The notes under the pieces were generated by a model. The model worked only from the letters and a program-made list of their open reading frames with translations, was not told where the DNA came from and made no database searches. Of a stretch of DNA of 64,000 bases, positions 8,805 through 18,480 are shown piece after piece (the first letter of the stretch is position 1; each line of letters starts with the position of its first letter). Origin of the DNA: Silvanigrellaceae bacterium. GTDB lineage: Bacteria; Bdellovibrionota_B; Oligoflexia; Silvanigrellales; CANGWC01. Made by a program: the position numbers and the translations under genes. Location: the NCBI GenBank assembly GCA_947457515.1, contig CANGWC010000001.1, positions 34,153 through 98,152 on the forward strand, given 5' to 3'.

Positions 8805-11054
8805 TTAACCTTTTTGTTTTTCAGAAATGAGATTTAACGCACTTCCTTTAAGGAACCACTGAATCTGCTGCTCATTGTAGGTATGTTTTAGAGAGATTGA
8901 ATCTACTTTTCCATCTTTATGCTTAACGGTTAGAGTTAAATTTTTACCTGGAGCAAGATCTTTTGCATTGAGATCGAAAGTATCTGTTTCTTGAATTAAA
9001 TCATAATCTTCAGGACGAGCAAAAGTTAAAGGCAACATACCTTGTTTCTTAAGATTTGTTTCATGAATACGTGCAAAACTCTTCACAATAATTGCTTTTC
9101 CACCCATAAATCGAGGTTCCATTGCAGCATGTTCCCGGGAAGATCCCTCTCCATAGTTCTCTTCACCAATGACAATCCACCCTATTCCGGATTTTTGATA
9201 AGCGCGAGCAGTTTCTGAGACTCCTCCTACTTGTGATGTGTGACTATTGAGGACTGCATTCATTTTTCCAGAGAAAGCATTGATGGCAGTGAGAAGAAGA
9301 TTATCAGAAATGCGATCTAGGTGACCTCTAAATCTTAACCACTTACCTGCTGCAGAAATATGATCTGTTGTGCATTTACCCTTTACTTTAATGAGCAGCG
9401 CAAGATCTTTAAAGTCTTTATCCAGTTGTGGAGCCTTGAAAGGTTTTAGAACTTGAAGGCGCTCGCTTTTTTCATCGATGGTCACAGTGATCTTGTGACC
9501 GTCCTCTAAAGGAGGAAGATAACCTTCTTTATCTACAAGAAAGCCTTTAGATGGGAGTTCTTCACCTGTAGGTGGTTTGAGTTTTAAAGTTTTACCATTT
9601 TGAAGAGTGATTGCTTCTTGAGTAAAATCAATATCTAACCTCCCTGCTAATGAAAATGCCATAACAGTTTCTGGAGACGCTACAAAGGCACATGTTTGAG
9701 CATTGCCATCATTTCTAGCTGTAAAGTTTCGATTAAAAGATGTGATAATAGAGTTTTTCTCACCTTCTTTAATATCATGTCTTTTCCATTGTCCTATACA
9801 AGGGCCACAAGCATTAGCAAGAACTGTTGCTCCAGCTTCTATAAGTGTCTTTAATTGTCCATCTCTTTCAATGGTTGCACGTACCTGCTCCGATCCCGGA
9901 GTAATGGTAAGTTCACTTATGGCTTTGCCACCGACGGCTATTGCCTGTAGAGCGATATGATTTACTCTTTCAATATCTTCATAAGAAGAGTTTGTACAAG
10001 ATCCAATCAGTGCCACTTTCAATTCTTTTGGCCAATCCTCTGTAGCAAAAGCTTTTTTGAATTCTGAGATACTGTGAGCTCTATCGGGAGTGAATGGGCC
10101 ATTGATCTGAGGTTCTAGAGTATTCATATCAATCTCTACAATCTGATCATAGTATTGAGAAGGATTTTGAATCACTTCTTTATCTGCTTGTAGTTCCTCA
10201 GCTATAGCTCCAGCTGCTTTTGCAAAATCAGCTCTACCAGTAGCCTTAAGGTATCTCGCCATGGAATCATCCCATGGGAAAAGAGAAGTGGTTGCACCAA
10301 TTTCTGCACCCATATTACAAATGGTTGCTTTACCAGTACAAGAAAGAGATTCACATCCCTCTCCAAAATATTCCACAATAAAACCTGTACCGCCTTTAAC
10401 TGTAAGGATCCCGGCTAATTTAAGAATAATATCTTTAGGAGATGCCCATCCATTGAGCTTACCTTTGAGATGAACTCCTAAGATCTTTGGCCATTTGAGT
10501 TCCCATGGCATTCCTGCCATGACATCCACAGCATCAGCACCACCAACTCCTACAGCTAACATCCCTAAACCACCAGCATTAGGGGTATGAGAATCTGTTC
10601 CAATCATCATTCCACCAGGAAATGCATAATTTTCAAGAACAACTTGATGGATAATCCCTGCACCAGGTTTCCAAAAACCTATGCCATATTTTTGAGAGAC
10701 TTGAGATAAAAATGAATACACTTCTGAATTTTCTGAATTTGCATCTTTAAGATCTTGAACAGCTCCTTTTTGAGCTAAAATTAAATGATCACAATGTACT
10801 GTACTGGGAACAGCCACAGATTTTAAGCCAGCTGACATAAACTGAAGTAACGCCATCTGTGCAGTTGCATCTTGCATCGCTACGCGATCGGGATGAAAGT
10901 CCTCATAGTCCTTACCTCTTGTCCTTGGTTGCACCTTATCTACATGAGTATAAAGAAGTTTTTCTGTATAAGTCAGAGGTCTTGAAAGACCACTTCTGAT
11001 GTTTTTAAGCTTTTTAATATATGTTTCATAGAAAAACTGAGGTGATAATACCAT
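8805..11054 (-). CDS. acnA: Aconitate hydratase (short, mitochondrial-type)
   Basis: Aconitase motifs are [34 protein letters not shown] and the swivel-domain [15 protein letters not shown]. The ATG at 11054 has the SD AAGGGAG 5 nt upstream. The TTG at 11081 in the ORF track is probably an over-extension. Confidence 0.9.
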   Translation of the reverse strand: MVLSPQFFYETYIKKLKNIRSGLSRPLTYTEKLLYTHVDKVQPRTRGKDYEDFHPDRVAMQDATAQMALLQFMSAGLKSVAVPSTVHCDHLILAQKGAVQDLKDANSENSEVYSFLSQVSQKYGIGFWKPGAGIIHQVVLENYAFPGGMMIGTDSHTPNAGGLGMLAVGVGGADAVDVMAGMPWELKWPKILGVHLKGKLNGWASPKDIILKLAGILTVKGGTGFIVEYFGEGCESLSCTGKATICNMGAEIGATTSLFPWDDSMARYLKATGRADFAKAAGAIAEELQADKEVIQNPSQYYDQIVEIDMNTLEPQINGPFTPDRAHSISEFKKAFATEDWPKELKVALIGSCTNSSYEDIERVNHIALQAIAVGGKAISELTITPGSEQVRATIERDGQLKTLIEAGATVLANACGPCIGQWKRHDIKEGEKNSIITSFNRNFTARNDGNAQTCAFVASPETVMAFSLAGRLDIDFTQEAITLQNGKTLKLKPPTGEELPSKGFLVDKEGYLPPLEDGHKITVTIDEKSERLQVLKPFKAPQLDKDFKDLALLIKVKGKCTTDHISAAGKWLRFRGHLDRISDNLLLTAINAFSGKMNAVLNSHTSQVGGVSETARAYQKSGIGWIVIGEENYGEGSSREHAAMEPRFMGGKAIIVKSFARIHETNLKKQGMLPLTFARPEDYDLIQETDTFDLNAKDLAPGKNLTLTVKHKDGKVDSISLKHTYNEQQIQWFLKGSALNLISEKQKG

Positions 11055-11103
11055 TTTTACTCCCTTGTAAGGCTTCTTCAATTATGTCATATTGACGCGT
11101 ATT

Positions 11104-11178
11104 GGCCCTATCGTCTAGAGGCTAGGACATCGCCCTTTCACGGCGGTAACACGGGTTCGATTCCCGTTAGGGTCACCA
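11104..11178 (+). tRNA. tRNA-Glu (anticodon UUC), CCA encoded
   Basis: The cloverleaf can be read by eye. The acceptor stem is GGCCCTA/TAGGGTC, the anticodon loop is CTTTCAC and the T-arm is GGGTTCGATTCCC. It closely parallels canonical bacterial tRNA-Glu. Confidence 0.9.
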
Positions 11179-11450
11179 ATATCTTGTAGAGACTGTTCTG
11201 TCTCTTACATTTCAATGCTTTAAATATATCACAAATATCCTGATCATTAAATTATAACGTTTGTTATTTTGTTGCTTGATACTTATGAGGATTGAATAAA
11301 CCAATAGGTTTATATTTTTTTGTTGAAATAAAGATTAATTTTTCATACTCATTGAATTCAGAAAAAAGAATGATGAATTTACTAAAAAAATACCTTTATA
11401 TTAGACTTTTTTAATTGTAAATATAACATCATCATTATAAATAAAATAAC

Positions 11451-12434
11451 ATGAAAAAACTAAATAAAATTGTTTTATTATTAAGTATAATCGTACATAT
11501 ACAGGATCTGTTTGCTGTTTCGAATCTAACTTTTGAAACGTATAGTTTTACAAGACAAATTATAGCACAAAAACTACTGGTTTTTGAGAATGAATCTTTG
11601 AGTTCTAAATTTAAAGAAGCTCTTTCTCACCCTATTAAAGATGGTTTAATTCAGCCTCTAATTGAGTTTTTTGAAGCGGTTTCCAGAGATATAGATCCAA
11701 TTAGACCATTTACAGTTTTATTAGATTTTGAATTTAAGGTACCTCTTAATGGTCTAAATTCTGAATATACATATATTATGATAGTCGTTGACACAGAAAT
11801 TCTACCTAATAATATTTTGATATTTGAGTTCCCAAAACCTGATCATTTAACTGACTGGGGATTAGTATTCAAATTCATGAAGGGAAAACTCCACGAATTT
11901 AGAATTTCAGATTCTGAGATGTATAATGATGTAATCTCTAGAATCCACAAAAATGTAATCCTTACAATTCATGAAAAATTCAAAGCCAGTGATTTACCCT
12001 ATACTGAAACACAATTAGAAAAATATCTAATTTTAATCCAACACATGAAACCACTACTGGTTCATAGCGGAAAAGTACATCTCATTAAAATCATTGACGT
12101 ACTAGATAGTGAAGATAGAAGAGATCATCTAGTTCTCCTTAAACCTTTTCTTGAGTTTAGATTGGACCATTCTCTTAATCATAAAAATAATATTGATATA
12201 TTTAAAGACTCTCAATTCCGCTCCTTAGAAGATGGCTCGGCTTTACTGATTGTCGGAGGAAGATCAGATTACATCTCGATTGATGCACTTCCTAAAAATT
12301 TGCCAGAAGAGAAAGCACTATCCTTAATGCATGAAATTTATGTGTTGTGTGCAGAAAATAATTTTACACCAGATGAAAGAAATTCTTTGATGAATCATAT
12401 TCTTAAAAGAAGTGTTTTGAATACTCATGAGTAA
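11451..12434 (+). CDS. Hypothetical secreted protein (ORFan)
   Basis: 327 aa with the signal peptide MKKLNKIVLLLSIIVHIQDLFA. A 270-nt AT-rich leader lies upstream. No motif recognised. Confidence 0.5.
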   Translation: MKKLNKIVLLLSIIVHIQDLFAVSNLTFETYSFTRQIIAQKLLVFENESLSSKFKEALSHPIKDGLIQPLIEFFEAVSRDIDPIRPFTVLLDFEFKVPLNGLNSEYTYIMIVVDTEILPNNILIFEFPKPDHLTDWGLVFKFMKGKLHEFRISDSEMYNDVISRIHKNVILTIHEKFKASDLPYTETQLEKYLILIQHMKPLLVHSGKVHLIKIIDVLDSEDRRDHLVLLKPFLEFRLDHSLNHKNNIDIFKDSQFRSLEDGSALLIVGGRSDYISIDALPKNLPEEKALSLMHEIYVLCAENNFTPDERNSLMNHILKRSVLNTHE

Positions 12435-12439
12435 CAAGA

Positions 12440-12916
12440 TTACTCGAAGTAAACATCCATAATTTCGTATTCTTTTTCACCTCTAGGAAGCTGAACAGCA
12501 ACAAACTCACCTTTTTTCTTGTGGATAAGTGAATTCGCTAAAGGACTAGAAATAGAAATAGCTTGAGTTTTAAGATCAGCTTCCAGATCTCCCACAATCC
12601 TATATCTCTTTTCATCATCTTCATCGGTATCTCTTAAAATAACAGTTGAACCAAAAACAACTTTTTCCGACTTACCTTGTCCTTGAGGGATCACTTCAAT
12701 ACGAGCCAGTTTACCTTCTAACTCTTGAATACGTCCTTCAATGAAACTTTGTTTCTCTCGAGCTGCGTGCCACTCTGCGTTTTCAGAAAGATCGCCTAAT
12801 GCTCTTGCTGTAGCGATTTCTTTAATCACTGCAGGTCTTTCAATGTTTTTTAAACGTTTTAATTCATCTTTAATTTTTTCAAAACCAATTACGGTAATAG
12901 GTATCATTGCATCCAT
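12440..12916 (-). CDS. greA: Transcription elongation factor GreA
   Basis: The N-terminal coiled coil (ARALGDLSENAEWHAAREKQSFIEGRIQELE) and the C-terminal FKBP-like domain match. The start may be M4 at 12907. Confidence 0.9.
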   Translation of the reverse strand: MDAMIPITVIGFEKIKDELKRLKNIERPAVIKEIATARALGDLSENAEWHAAREKQSFIEGRIQELEGKLARIEVIPQGQGKSEKVVFGSTVILRDTDEDDEKRYRIVGDLEADLKTQAISISSPLANSLIHKKKGEFVAVQLPRGEKEYEIMDVYFE

Positions 12917-12938
12917 ATCTATCTCATCATTCTTTTAT

Positions 12939-13190
12939 TTAACTGCTTTGTTGTTTCGTCTTTTCAACATACTTCAATTGAAGATCATAAATAATACTTT
13001 GAAGAAGTTTGTCTTCCTCTTCCGTTAAATTATTCTGAGTTTTATCTTTGAGCATATTCAAAATATCAATATTATTTTGAGCACTCTTAAAATTAACTTC
13101 ATGAAGTTCTTCACTCATATAACCCATATCCATGAGACATAGTCTACTTAATGAGAATATGAGAGTTGAAAATAGATTACCATCTGTCAT
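12939..13190 (-). CDS. Small hypothetical helical protein upstream of greA (start uncertain)
   Basis: This is an ORF-only call. Internal Met codons at 13133, 13127 and 13118 are more plausible starts, because the annotated start lies only 28 nt from the divergent FHA ORF. Confidence 0.3.
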   Translation of the reverse strand: MTDGNLFSTLIFSLSRLCLMDMGYMSEELHEVNFKSAQNNIDILNMLKDKTQNNLTEEEDKLLQSIIYDLQLKYVEKTKQQSS

Positions 13191-13233
13191 AATTTAATCC
13201 ATCACTTATTTTTAACTATTGAGTTCTACCATC

Positions 13234-13950
13234 ATGAATGTCCCTAAACAAAATTTAGGAGTTAAACCCTATTATTTTTTTGACTCCCGCTGGCAAAAAC
13301 ATATTTTGATATCTTCTGAAATGGTCTTTATGGGTTATTCTCAAGGACATATCCTATGGGAGGATCCTAGCATATCTGATCCTCATTGTTATGTTAAATG
13401 GGAATCATACTCTCAAAAAGCTGTTGTCACAGACCTCAATAGTCATACTGGGATCAAAATCAATGGTCAATCTGTTTTAAAAGGCTTTCTTAAACCAGAA
13501 GATACTCTAGAGATAGGAAATCAAAAAATCATCTTTAAAGATCCAGCTTTGGCTGAAGAAAAGATATCAGACTCCCTATGGAAAACTTCAGAATCTCTAG
13601 AATACCCTAAAATTTATAATGCTCAGATGAATATTATAAAAAAATATAAAATTTATTTGCGAGCCATTCTATCCAATGGTACCGTCTACGAGAAATTGTT
13701 ACCTACACCTTATATTATTGGAAGAGAATCATTTCTTTCCGGTGATGAAGGCATTTCTCGTAAGCATGCTCAAGTATCCATAGATCACTTAGGCAGACTT
13801 ATGATTGAAGATCTTAAAAGTACGAATGGTACCTGGATTCTAGATAAAAAATGTATAAACCCAACTCTATTAGAGACTTATGACCCTATTAAAGTGGGTA
13901 ATACTCTTATTTACCTGTCTGCTCAGCCACCTCAAAGCATCTCCTATTGA
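13234..13950 (+). CDS. Tandem FHA-domain protein
   Basis: There are two FHA-like modules: GHILWEDPSISDPHCYVKW...TDLNSHTGIKINGQ...LEIGNQKIIF and YIIGRES...ISRKHAQVSIDHLGRLMIEDLKSTNGTWI...IKVGNTLIYL. I prefer the ATG at 13234 over the TTG at 13219. Confidence 0.75.
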   Translation: MNVPKQNLGVKPYYFFDSRWQKHILISSEMVFMGYSQGHILWEDPSISDPHCYVKWESYSQKAVVTDLNSHTGIKINGQSVLKGFLKPEDTLEIGNQKIIFKDPALAEEKISDSLWKTSESLEYPKIYNAQMNIIKKYKIYLRAILSNGTVYEKLLPTPYIIGRESFLSGDEGISRKHAQVSIDHLGRLMIEDLKSTNGTWILDKKCINPTLLETYDPIKVGNTLIYLSAQPPQSISY

Positions 13951-15292
13951 TGGATCTTGGTGCATTTATGGCCCTGTTCTCAGTAGGCACTCTGGTATTA
14001 CGTTTAAAAATCTTTATATAAATCAAGGAATGATTAAGCGCGTTTCATATAACAAGGATGATAATTGCTTAGAAACTTATAATATCATCGTTCCAGGACT
14101 CATAGATTTCCATAATCATCTCAAATTTAATGCTCTTCCTCGAGCCGTGATCTCTTCTAAGTATAATCATAGAAGAGATTATAGAGAAGCTGCTGTTGGT
14201 CTTGAAAAAGCAGCTTTAGAGTTTGAAGAACTTTTAGGCGCGTCTGATGAATTAGCTTGTTATGCTTATCTTTTTTCTGAGCTTAAAGCTTTAAGTGGTG
14301 GAGTCACAACGATTCAAGGTGCCACTGGACTATCCCAAAAAATCAATCCCTGCATTCAATCAAACCTAGTTAGGAATATTGAAAATCCTGAAGACTTTTA
14401 TCATTCTGATCACTCTATTGGTCCAAAAATTCTCAATATTGTGGACATAGACGGTTGGAAGAAAGACCCTGAAAAATTCAAATTAACTGAAAATCCCAAC
14501 GTCTTTCATAGAATTTTTTTACACCTTGCTGAAGGCCAACTTGACCATACAATACAAGAAAGAGCTGATTTTCTCCCTTTTGTTTTCTCTCAAGCAAAAC
14601 GATTCGTGCTCATTAATACCATAGGTCTACCTATGAAAGATTATGACGACCTTGGAAAACAAGGAGCTTCTTTTATATGGTCTCCAGAATCAAATATCAC
14701 TCTTTATGGAATTACAAATCCCATTCCCCTTATGATAGATTTCCCCATTGGATTAGGCTCTGATTGGAGCCTGACAGGCTCTTTTTCCCTCTGGGAAGAA
14801 ATGCAGAAAGCTTATTCGATATCTCAAAAATTAAACTGGAATATTCCACCAAAACGTATTTTTCAGATGGCAACAGCAGGTCAAGAGATTCTTGATCTCC
14901 CCATTGGAGAATTAAAGGTAGGCCATTTTGCAGATTTCTTCTTAGTATCCCAAAAAAAGGAACGCCCTGAAAATCCTTATGAATATCTTTTAACTCAGGC
15001 TTCTCGAAAACATATTAAGCTTGTGGTTATTGATGGAAAACCCATTTATGGATCATATAGAGCGATAAAAGATATAGATCCTAATTTTCAACATTTCAGG
15101 AAAGTCAGCAAAGGACGTTGTAATAATCCAAAATATCTAAGAACAGAAGTTTTAAAAGGATATAAGTTTAAAACTTTAAAGAAAAAACTGGGCAAAGCAG
15201 TCAAAAAAGTCATTGATAATAATCCTGGAGTCTTTTTTACAGATTCTCAAAATAAGCTTAGAAGCCCTAGTTATAATCTATTCCCCTGCTGA
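13880..15292 (+). CDS. Secreted metal-dependent amidohydrolase-family protein
   Basis: Signal peptide LLKWVILLFTCLLSHLKA. The HxH motif GLIDFHNHLKFN is followed by FLHLAEG and GLGSDWSLTG. It overlaps the FHA gene by 71 nt, out of frame. Confidence 0.7.
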   Translation: MTLLKWVILLFTCLLSHLKASPIDGSWCIYGPVLSRHSGITFKNLYINQGMIKRVSYNKDDNCLETYNIIVPGLIDFHNHLKFNALPRAVISSKYNHRRDYREAAVGLEKAALEFEELLGASDELACYAYLFSELKALSGGVTTIQGATGLSQKINPCIQSNLVRNIENPEDFYHSDHSIGPKILNIVDIDGWKKDPEKFKLTENPNVFHRIFLHLAEGQLDHTIQERADFLPFVFSQAKRFVLINTIGLPMKDYDDLGKQGASFIWSPESNITLYGITNPIPLMIDFPIGLGSDWSLTGSFSLWEEMQKAYSISQKLNWNIPPKRIFQMATAGQEILDLPIGELKVGHFADFFLVSQKKERPENPYEYLLTQASRKHIKLVVIDGKPIYGSYRAIKDIDPNFQHFRKVSKGRCNNPKYLRTEVLKGYKFKTLKKKLGKAVKKVIDNNPGVFFTDSQNKLRSPSYNLFPC

Positions 15293-15574
15293 TTCAGTAG
15301 ATAATGACCGAAAGAAAATATCTACTGGAGTGTCACAACCTTTAGCTTTATTACAGGATTCACATGCAGGAACACAGTTACCTATTATTGTTTTGCCTCC
15401 TCGAGAAAGAGGAACAATGTGATCAAGTGTGAGTAATTGGGGTTCGAATTTTTTCGAACAGTAATAACAAATGCCTTGAGCTATTTTATCTTTCCAAGCC
15501 CTGGTTTTTTTAAATTCCCGGGTTCGAAACTTTTCGTTAGCTTGTTTTTTTTTATCTACAAATTGGTAATTCAC
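15278..15574 (-). CDS. Small HNH endonuclease
   Basis: CYYCSKKF...LTLDHIVPLSRGG...NCVPACESCNKAKG is an HNH core flanked by CxxC pairs. The GTG start overlaps the methyltransferase stop (GTGTGA). Confidence 0.75.
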   Translation of the reverse strand: MNYQFVDKKKQANEKFRTREFKKTRAWKDKIAQGICYYCSKKFEPQLLTLDHIVPLSRGGKTIIGNCVPACESCNKAKGCDTPVDIFFRSLSTESAGE

Positions 15575-16317
15575 ACAAGATTATTGAGAATGATCCCGGC
15601 GGCAACACCTACATTTAAAGAATCAATAAAAAAGGGTGTCTCGGGAGGGTTAATGGATACTTTATAATCACATTGATCAAGAAGAGAAGAAGAGAGTCCT
15701 TGTTCCTCATTTCCTAAAACAAGAACATAAGGTCTGTCTTTAGGAAGATCTTTTACGGGAATGGCTGATTTATCTACAGAAGTTCCCACAATCCAAATTC
15801 CCATTTCTTTCATAGCTTTAAGAGTTTGAAAAGTATTTCCAATATTCACACAGTTTAAACCCAGTGCAGCTCCAGAAGAAACTTTGAGAACTGCTGGAGT
15901 GAGGGGGCACTGTCTATTCTTAGGATAAAAAACAAACTTAACTCCAAAAAATACAGCACTTCTAAAGATAGATCCCATATTTTGAGGATCATGCACATGA
16001 TGTAAGTAGATCCCTAGGCAGCCTTTAGGATGAGTTTTAATGCGTTCTTCTATGTCGTATATAGATTCTTCCCAAGGGATCTCCCAGTGGAAGTCTCTGA
16101 CAGTGAGACAGACATTTTGATGGTGAACCATGGGTGCTGGCCACTGAGGATCCTCTGATGAGGAAAACTTTTTGATCTGTGCACCTTTGTCTTGGGCTTT
16201 TTTCTGAATATCTCCAAAAGTTGTGCCTACAACATTGAGTTTTGTTCCTCTGGGTAGAGCGCCTTTTTGCACACTGAGATAAGCTTCTACAGGCTTTTTA
16301 CCCCATATAACAAACAT
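15571..16317 (-). CDS. SpoU/TrmH-family RNA 2'-O-methyltransferase (RlmB-like)
   Basis: An N-terminal substrate-binding-like region is followed by SpoU motifs: DPQNMGSIFRSA, VLVLGNEEQGLS and SLNVGVAAGIILN. Confidence 0.8.
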   Translation of the reverse strand: MFVIWGKKPVEAYLSVQKGALPRGTKLNVVGTTFGDIQKKAQDKGAQIKKFSSSEDPQWPAPMVHHQNVCLTVRDFHWEIPWEESIYDIEERIKTHPKGCLGIYLHHVHDPQNMGSIFRSAVFFGVKFVFYPKNRQCPLTPAVLKVSSGAALGLNCVNIGNTFQTLKAMKEMGIWIVGTSVDKSAIPVKDLPKDRPYVLVLGNEEQGLSSSLLDQCDYKVSINPPETPFFIDSLNVGVAAGIILNNLV

Positions 16318-16432
16318 AATTTCTCCTAAGACTGATTTTTAAGGGTTTTTTGAGAGTCTCAACCTTTTTTTAAGGGAGACTGATGGCTTTACACTAGATC
16401 ACATTAAAGTTTTATGCTAATTAAAAATTCGT

Positions 16433-16582
16433 ATGAAAAGAACCTACCAACCAAGCAATAGGGTTAGAAAAAGAAAATTTGGTTTTCGAGCCCGAATGGC
16501 AACAGTCGGCGGAAAAGAAGTTATTCGTCGTAGACGAAGCAAAGGTCGTCAGCGTCTAGCTGCTACGATCTATGAAAAATAG
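16433..16582 (+). CDS. rpmH: 50S ribosomal protein L34
   Basis: My own translation is [49 protein letters not shown] (49 aa). It is missing from the ORF track because of its size. Confidence 0.9.
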   Translation: MKRTYQPSNRVRKRKFGFRARMATVGGKEVIRRRRSKGRQRLAATIYEK

Positions 16583-16608
16583 CTAAATTTATTATCTAAC
16601 CGTTTGTT

Positions 16609-17517
16609 GTGTCATTAAAATCTGTTCTTTTTTTAGGAACATCCGATTTCACGCTACCTGTTTTTCAGGCACTTCAAAAACATTGCCAAATTTTAGGTAT
16701 ATGTACTAAGAAGCGATCTTATTTTACCACTCTTCCCTTTAGAATATTCACTCCGGATCACCCTAAAGACCCTGAGTTTATAGCTATCATTAAAGATCTT
16801 AAACCAGATCTTTGTGTAACTGCTTCTTATGGATTTATTCTTCCTCAAGCTTTTTTAGATATTCCTTCTTTGGGAACATTAAATATTCATCCCAGCTTAT
16901 TGCCTCAATACAGAGGACCTTCCCCTGTTCAAAGATCTATTGAAAAAGGTGAAGTCATCTCTGGAGTTTCCATTGTTCATACTGTTTTATCTATTGATGC
17001 AGGACCTTTACTCAAACAAAGAACATTCCCTATTCTTCCTCATGAAAATTCTTTAGATATTCTTAATAAAGGATTTATTTTAGGAGCAGAAGAATTAGAT
17101 AAGCTTCTGCCTAGCTTTTTGGAGGGTAAGTCTATTGAGTCTTCTATCCAAGATCCTGCTCTTGCCACAAAAGCTCCTAAAATTTCAAAAGAAGAAGGCA
17201 TTTTAAACTTTAGCCTCTCAGCGTTAGAACTTCATAATAAAGTGAGGGCTTTCTATGGCTGGCCTGGCACTTTTGGAAACTTTATTCTCAACGAAAAAGA
17301 TCAACTTATTAAAATTATTGAAACAATTCCTCCCTCTTCTGAACATCATTCTTTAAGAAAAGATTCTGTATTCTTTGATCCAAAATATGGACTCGGTATC
17401 CCCTGCGGAAAAGAAGAAGTTTTATTTGTGAGACAATTACATTACCCTGGAAAACGTCCTGTACTCGCAAAAGACTTTTGGAATGGGTTAAGAGGTCAAA
17501 ATTTAAAGGTAAAATAA
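16609..17517 (+). CDS. fmt: Methionyl-tRNA formyltransferase
   Basis: VLFLGTSDFTLPVFQAL and NIHPSLLPQYRGPSPVQRSI are formyltransferase core motifs, and the C-terminal domain is present. The start is GTG. Confidence 0.85.
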   Translation: MSLKSVLFLGTSDFTLPVFQALQKHCQILGICTKKRSYFTTLPFRIFTPDHPKDPEFIAIIKDLKPDLCVTASYGFILPQAFLDIPSLGTLNIHPSLLPQYRGPSPVQRSIEKGEVISGVSIVHTVLSIDAGPLLKQRTFPILPHENSLDILNKGFILGAEELDKLLPSFLEGKSIESSIQDPALATKAPKISKEEGILNFSLSALELHNKVRAFYGWPGTFGNFILNEKDQLIKIIETIPPSSEHHSLRKDSVFFDPKYGLGIPCGKEEVLFVRQLHYPGKRPVLAKDFWNGLRGQNLKVK

Positions 17518-17518
17518 T

Positions 17519-18274
17519 ATGTGGTGGAAAAAAACTAAAGTATTTCTTGATTCGTTTTATACGTTGGCAGCGTTAATCCTGATTAGGTTTATGGTTATCA
17601 ATTGGTATGTCATACCTACGGGTTCTATGATGCCTACCATTAAAAAAGGCGATCATATTTTCTGTAATAAACTTGCTTATGGACTGATGTTTCCTTTTAT
17701 GGAAACCCAGACTTTCACTTGGGATACTCCTAAACGGGGAGATATTGTCATTTTCCAATATCCTAAAGGCTCTGAAGTCTATGTTAAGAGAGTTGTGGGC
17801 ATAGAAGGAGATAAAGTTTCTTTTAGAGAAGGTGTTTTACATATTAATAATAAGCCGATTGAAGAAATAGAGATTTTAGATCGAAAGATTTTAGAAGATA
17901 TGGGTGAGTCTGCCGATGATAAAACTCTTTATGAGGAAAAAGGCTTAGGACCAGATCATTATATTATGAGATTGAAGCATGATTCAGCCATTCGTCGTAT
18001 CACTTTGCAACTTGCAGATCGTATGAGGGGTCTTCCATCTAATCCTTCCGTGTATTCCACAGAGGGTGATGTGGAAGAAAGAATTGTCCCTCCTGGGAAA
18101 ATTTTTGTGATGGGAGATAATAGAGATGGATCTAATGACAGCCGCTTTTGGGGCTTTGTAGAATCTAAGAAAGTTTATGGTAGAGCTTTATCTATTTTCT
18201 TCTCTACCATCCCTCAACCTGGCCTATCTTTACCTCAATTTAGAGGGGATCGATGGTTTAAAGCTCTTCAATAA
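17519..18274 (+). CDS. lepB: Signal peptidase I
   Basis: N-terminal TM, the catalytic Ser box IPTGSMMPTI, the Lys box YVKRVVG, and GDNRDGSNDSRFWG. Confidence 0.85.
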   Translation: MWWKKTKVFLDSFYTLAALILIRFMVINWYVIPTGSMMPTIKKGDHIFCNKLAYGLMFPFMETQTFTWDTPKRGDIVIFQYPKGSEVYVKRVVGIEGDKVSFREGVLHINNKPIEEIEILDRKILEDMGESADDKTLYEEKGLGPDHYIMRLKHDSAIRRITLQLADRMRGLPSNPSVYSTEGDVEERIVPPGKIFVMGDNRDGSNDSRFWGFVESKKVYGRALSIFFSTIPQPGLSLPQFRGDRWFKALQ

Positions 18275-18313
18275 TTTGCAAATCCATTAATTTCTTGTAT
18301 ATCTTCTATCTTA

Positions 18314-18389
18314 GGCATCTTAGCTCAGTCGGTAGAGCAGTAGACTGAAAATCTACGTGTCCCCAGTTCGATTCTGGGAGATGCCACCA
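18314..18389 (+). tRNA. tRNA-Phe (anticodon GAA), CCA encoded
   Basis: Acceptor GGCATCT/AGATGCC, anticodon loop CTGAAAA, T-arm CCAGTTCGATTCTGG. Confidence 0.9.
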
Positions 18390-18404
18390 TAACATAAACA
18401 CTTT

Positions 18405-18480
18405 GCCTCTATAGCTCAGATGGTAGAGCAACGCATTCGTAATGCGTGGGTCGGAGGTTCGATTCCTCTTGGAGGCTCCA
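18405..18480 (+). tRNA. tRNA-Thr (anticodon CGU), CCA encoded
   Basis: Acceptor GCCTCTA/TGGAGGC, anticodon stem-loop ACGCA-TTCGTAA-TGCGT, T-arm GGAGGTTCGATTCCTC. Confidence 0.9.

Noticed and set aside
9703-10473. Plus-strand ORFs 9703..9960 and 10261..10473 antisense to aconitase
   Set aside because: These are antisense open frames within a well-supported gene, with no independent evidence.
11188-11205. Hairpin AGAGAC-tgttct-GTCTCT after tRNA-Glu as an intrinsic terminator
   Set aside because: The stem is only 6 bp and the downstream U-tract (TACATTT) is poor. The evidence is too weak to call.
11104-12434. A tRNA-Glu-adjacent genomic island (AT-rich 270-nt spacer plus a 327-aa ORFan)
   Set aside because: There is no integrase, no visible direct repeat of the tRNA 3' end downstream, and no compositional contrast that I can see by eye.
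16386-16432. Sigma-70 promoter for rpmH (TTTACA ... TATGCT/TAATTA)
   Set aside because: The spacings I could count (19-24 nt) do not fit a canonical promoter, so I cannot support a call without TSS data.
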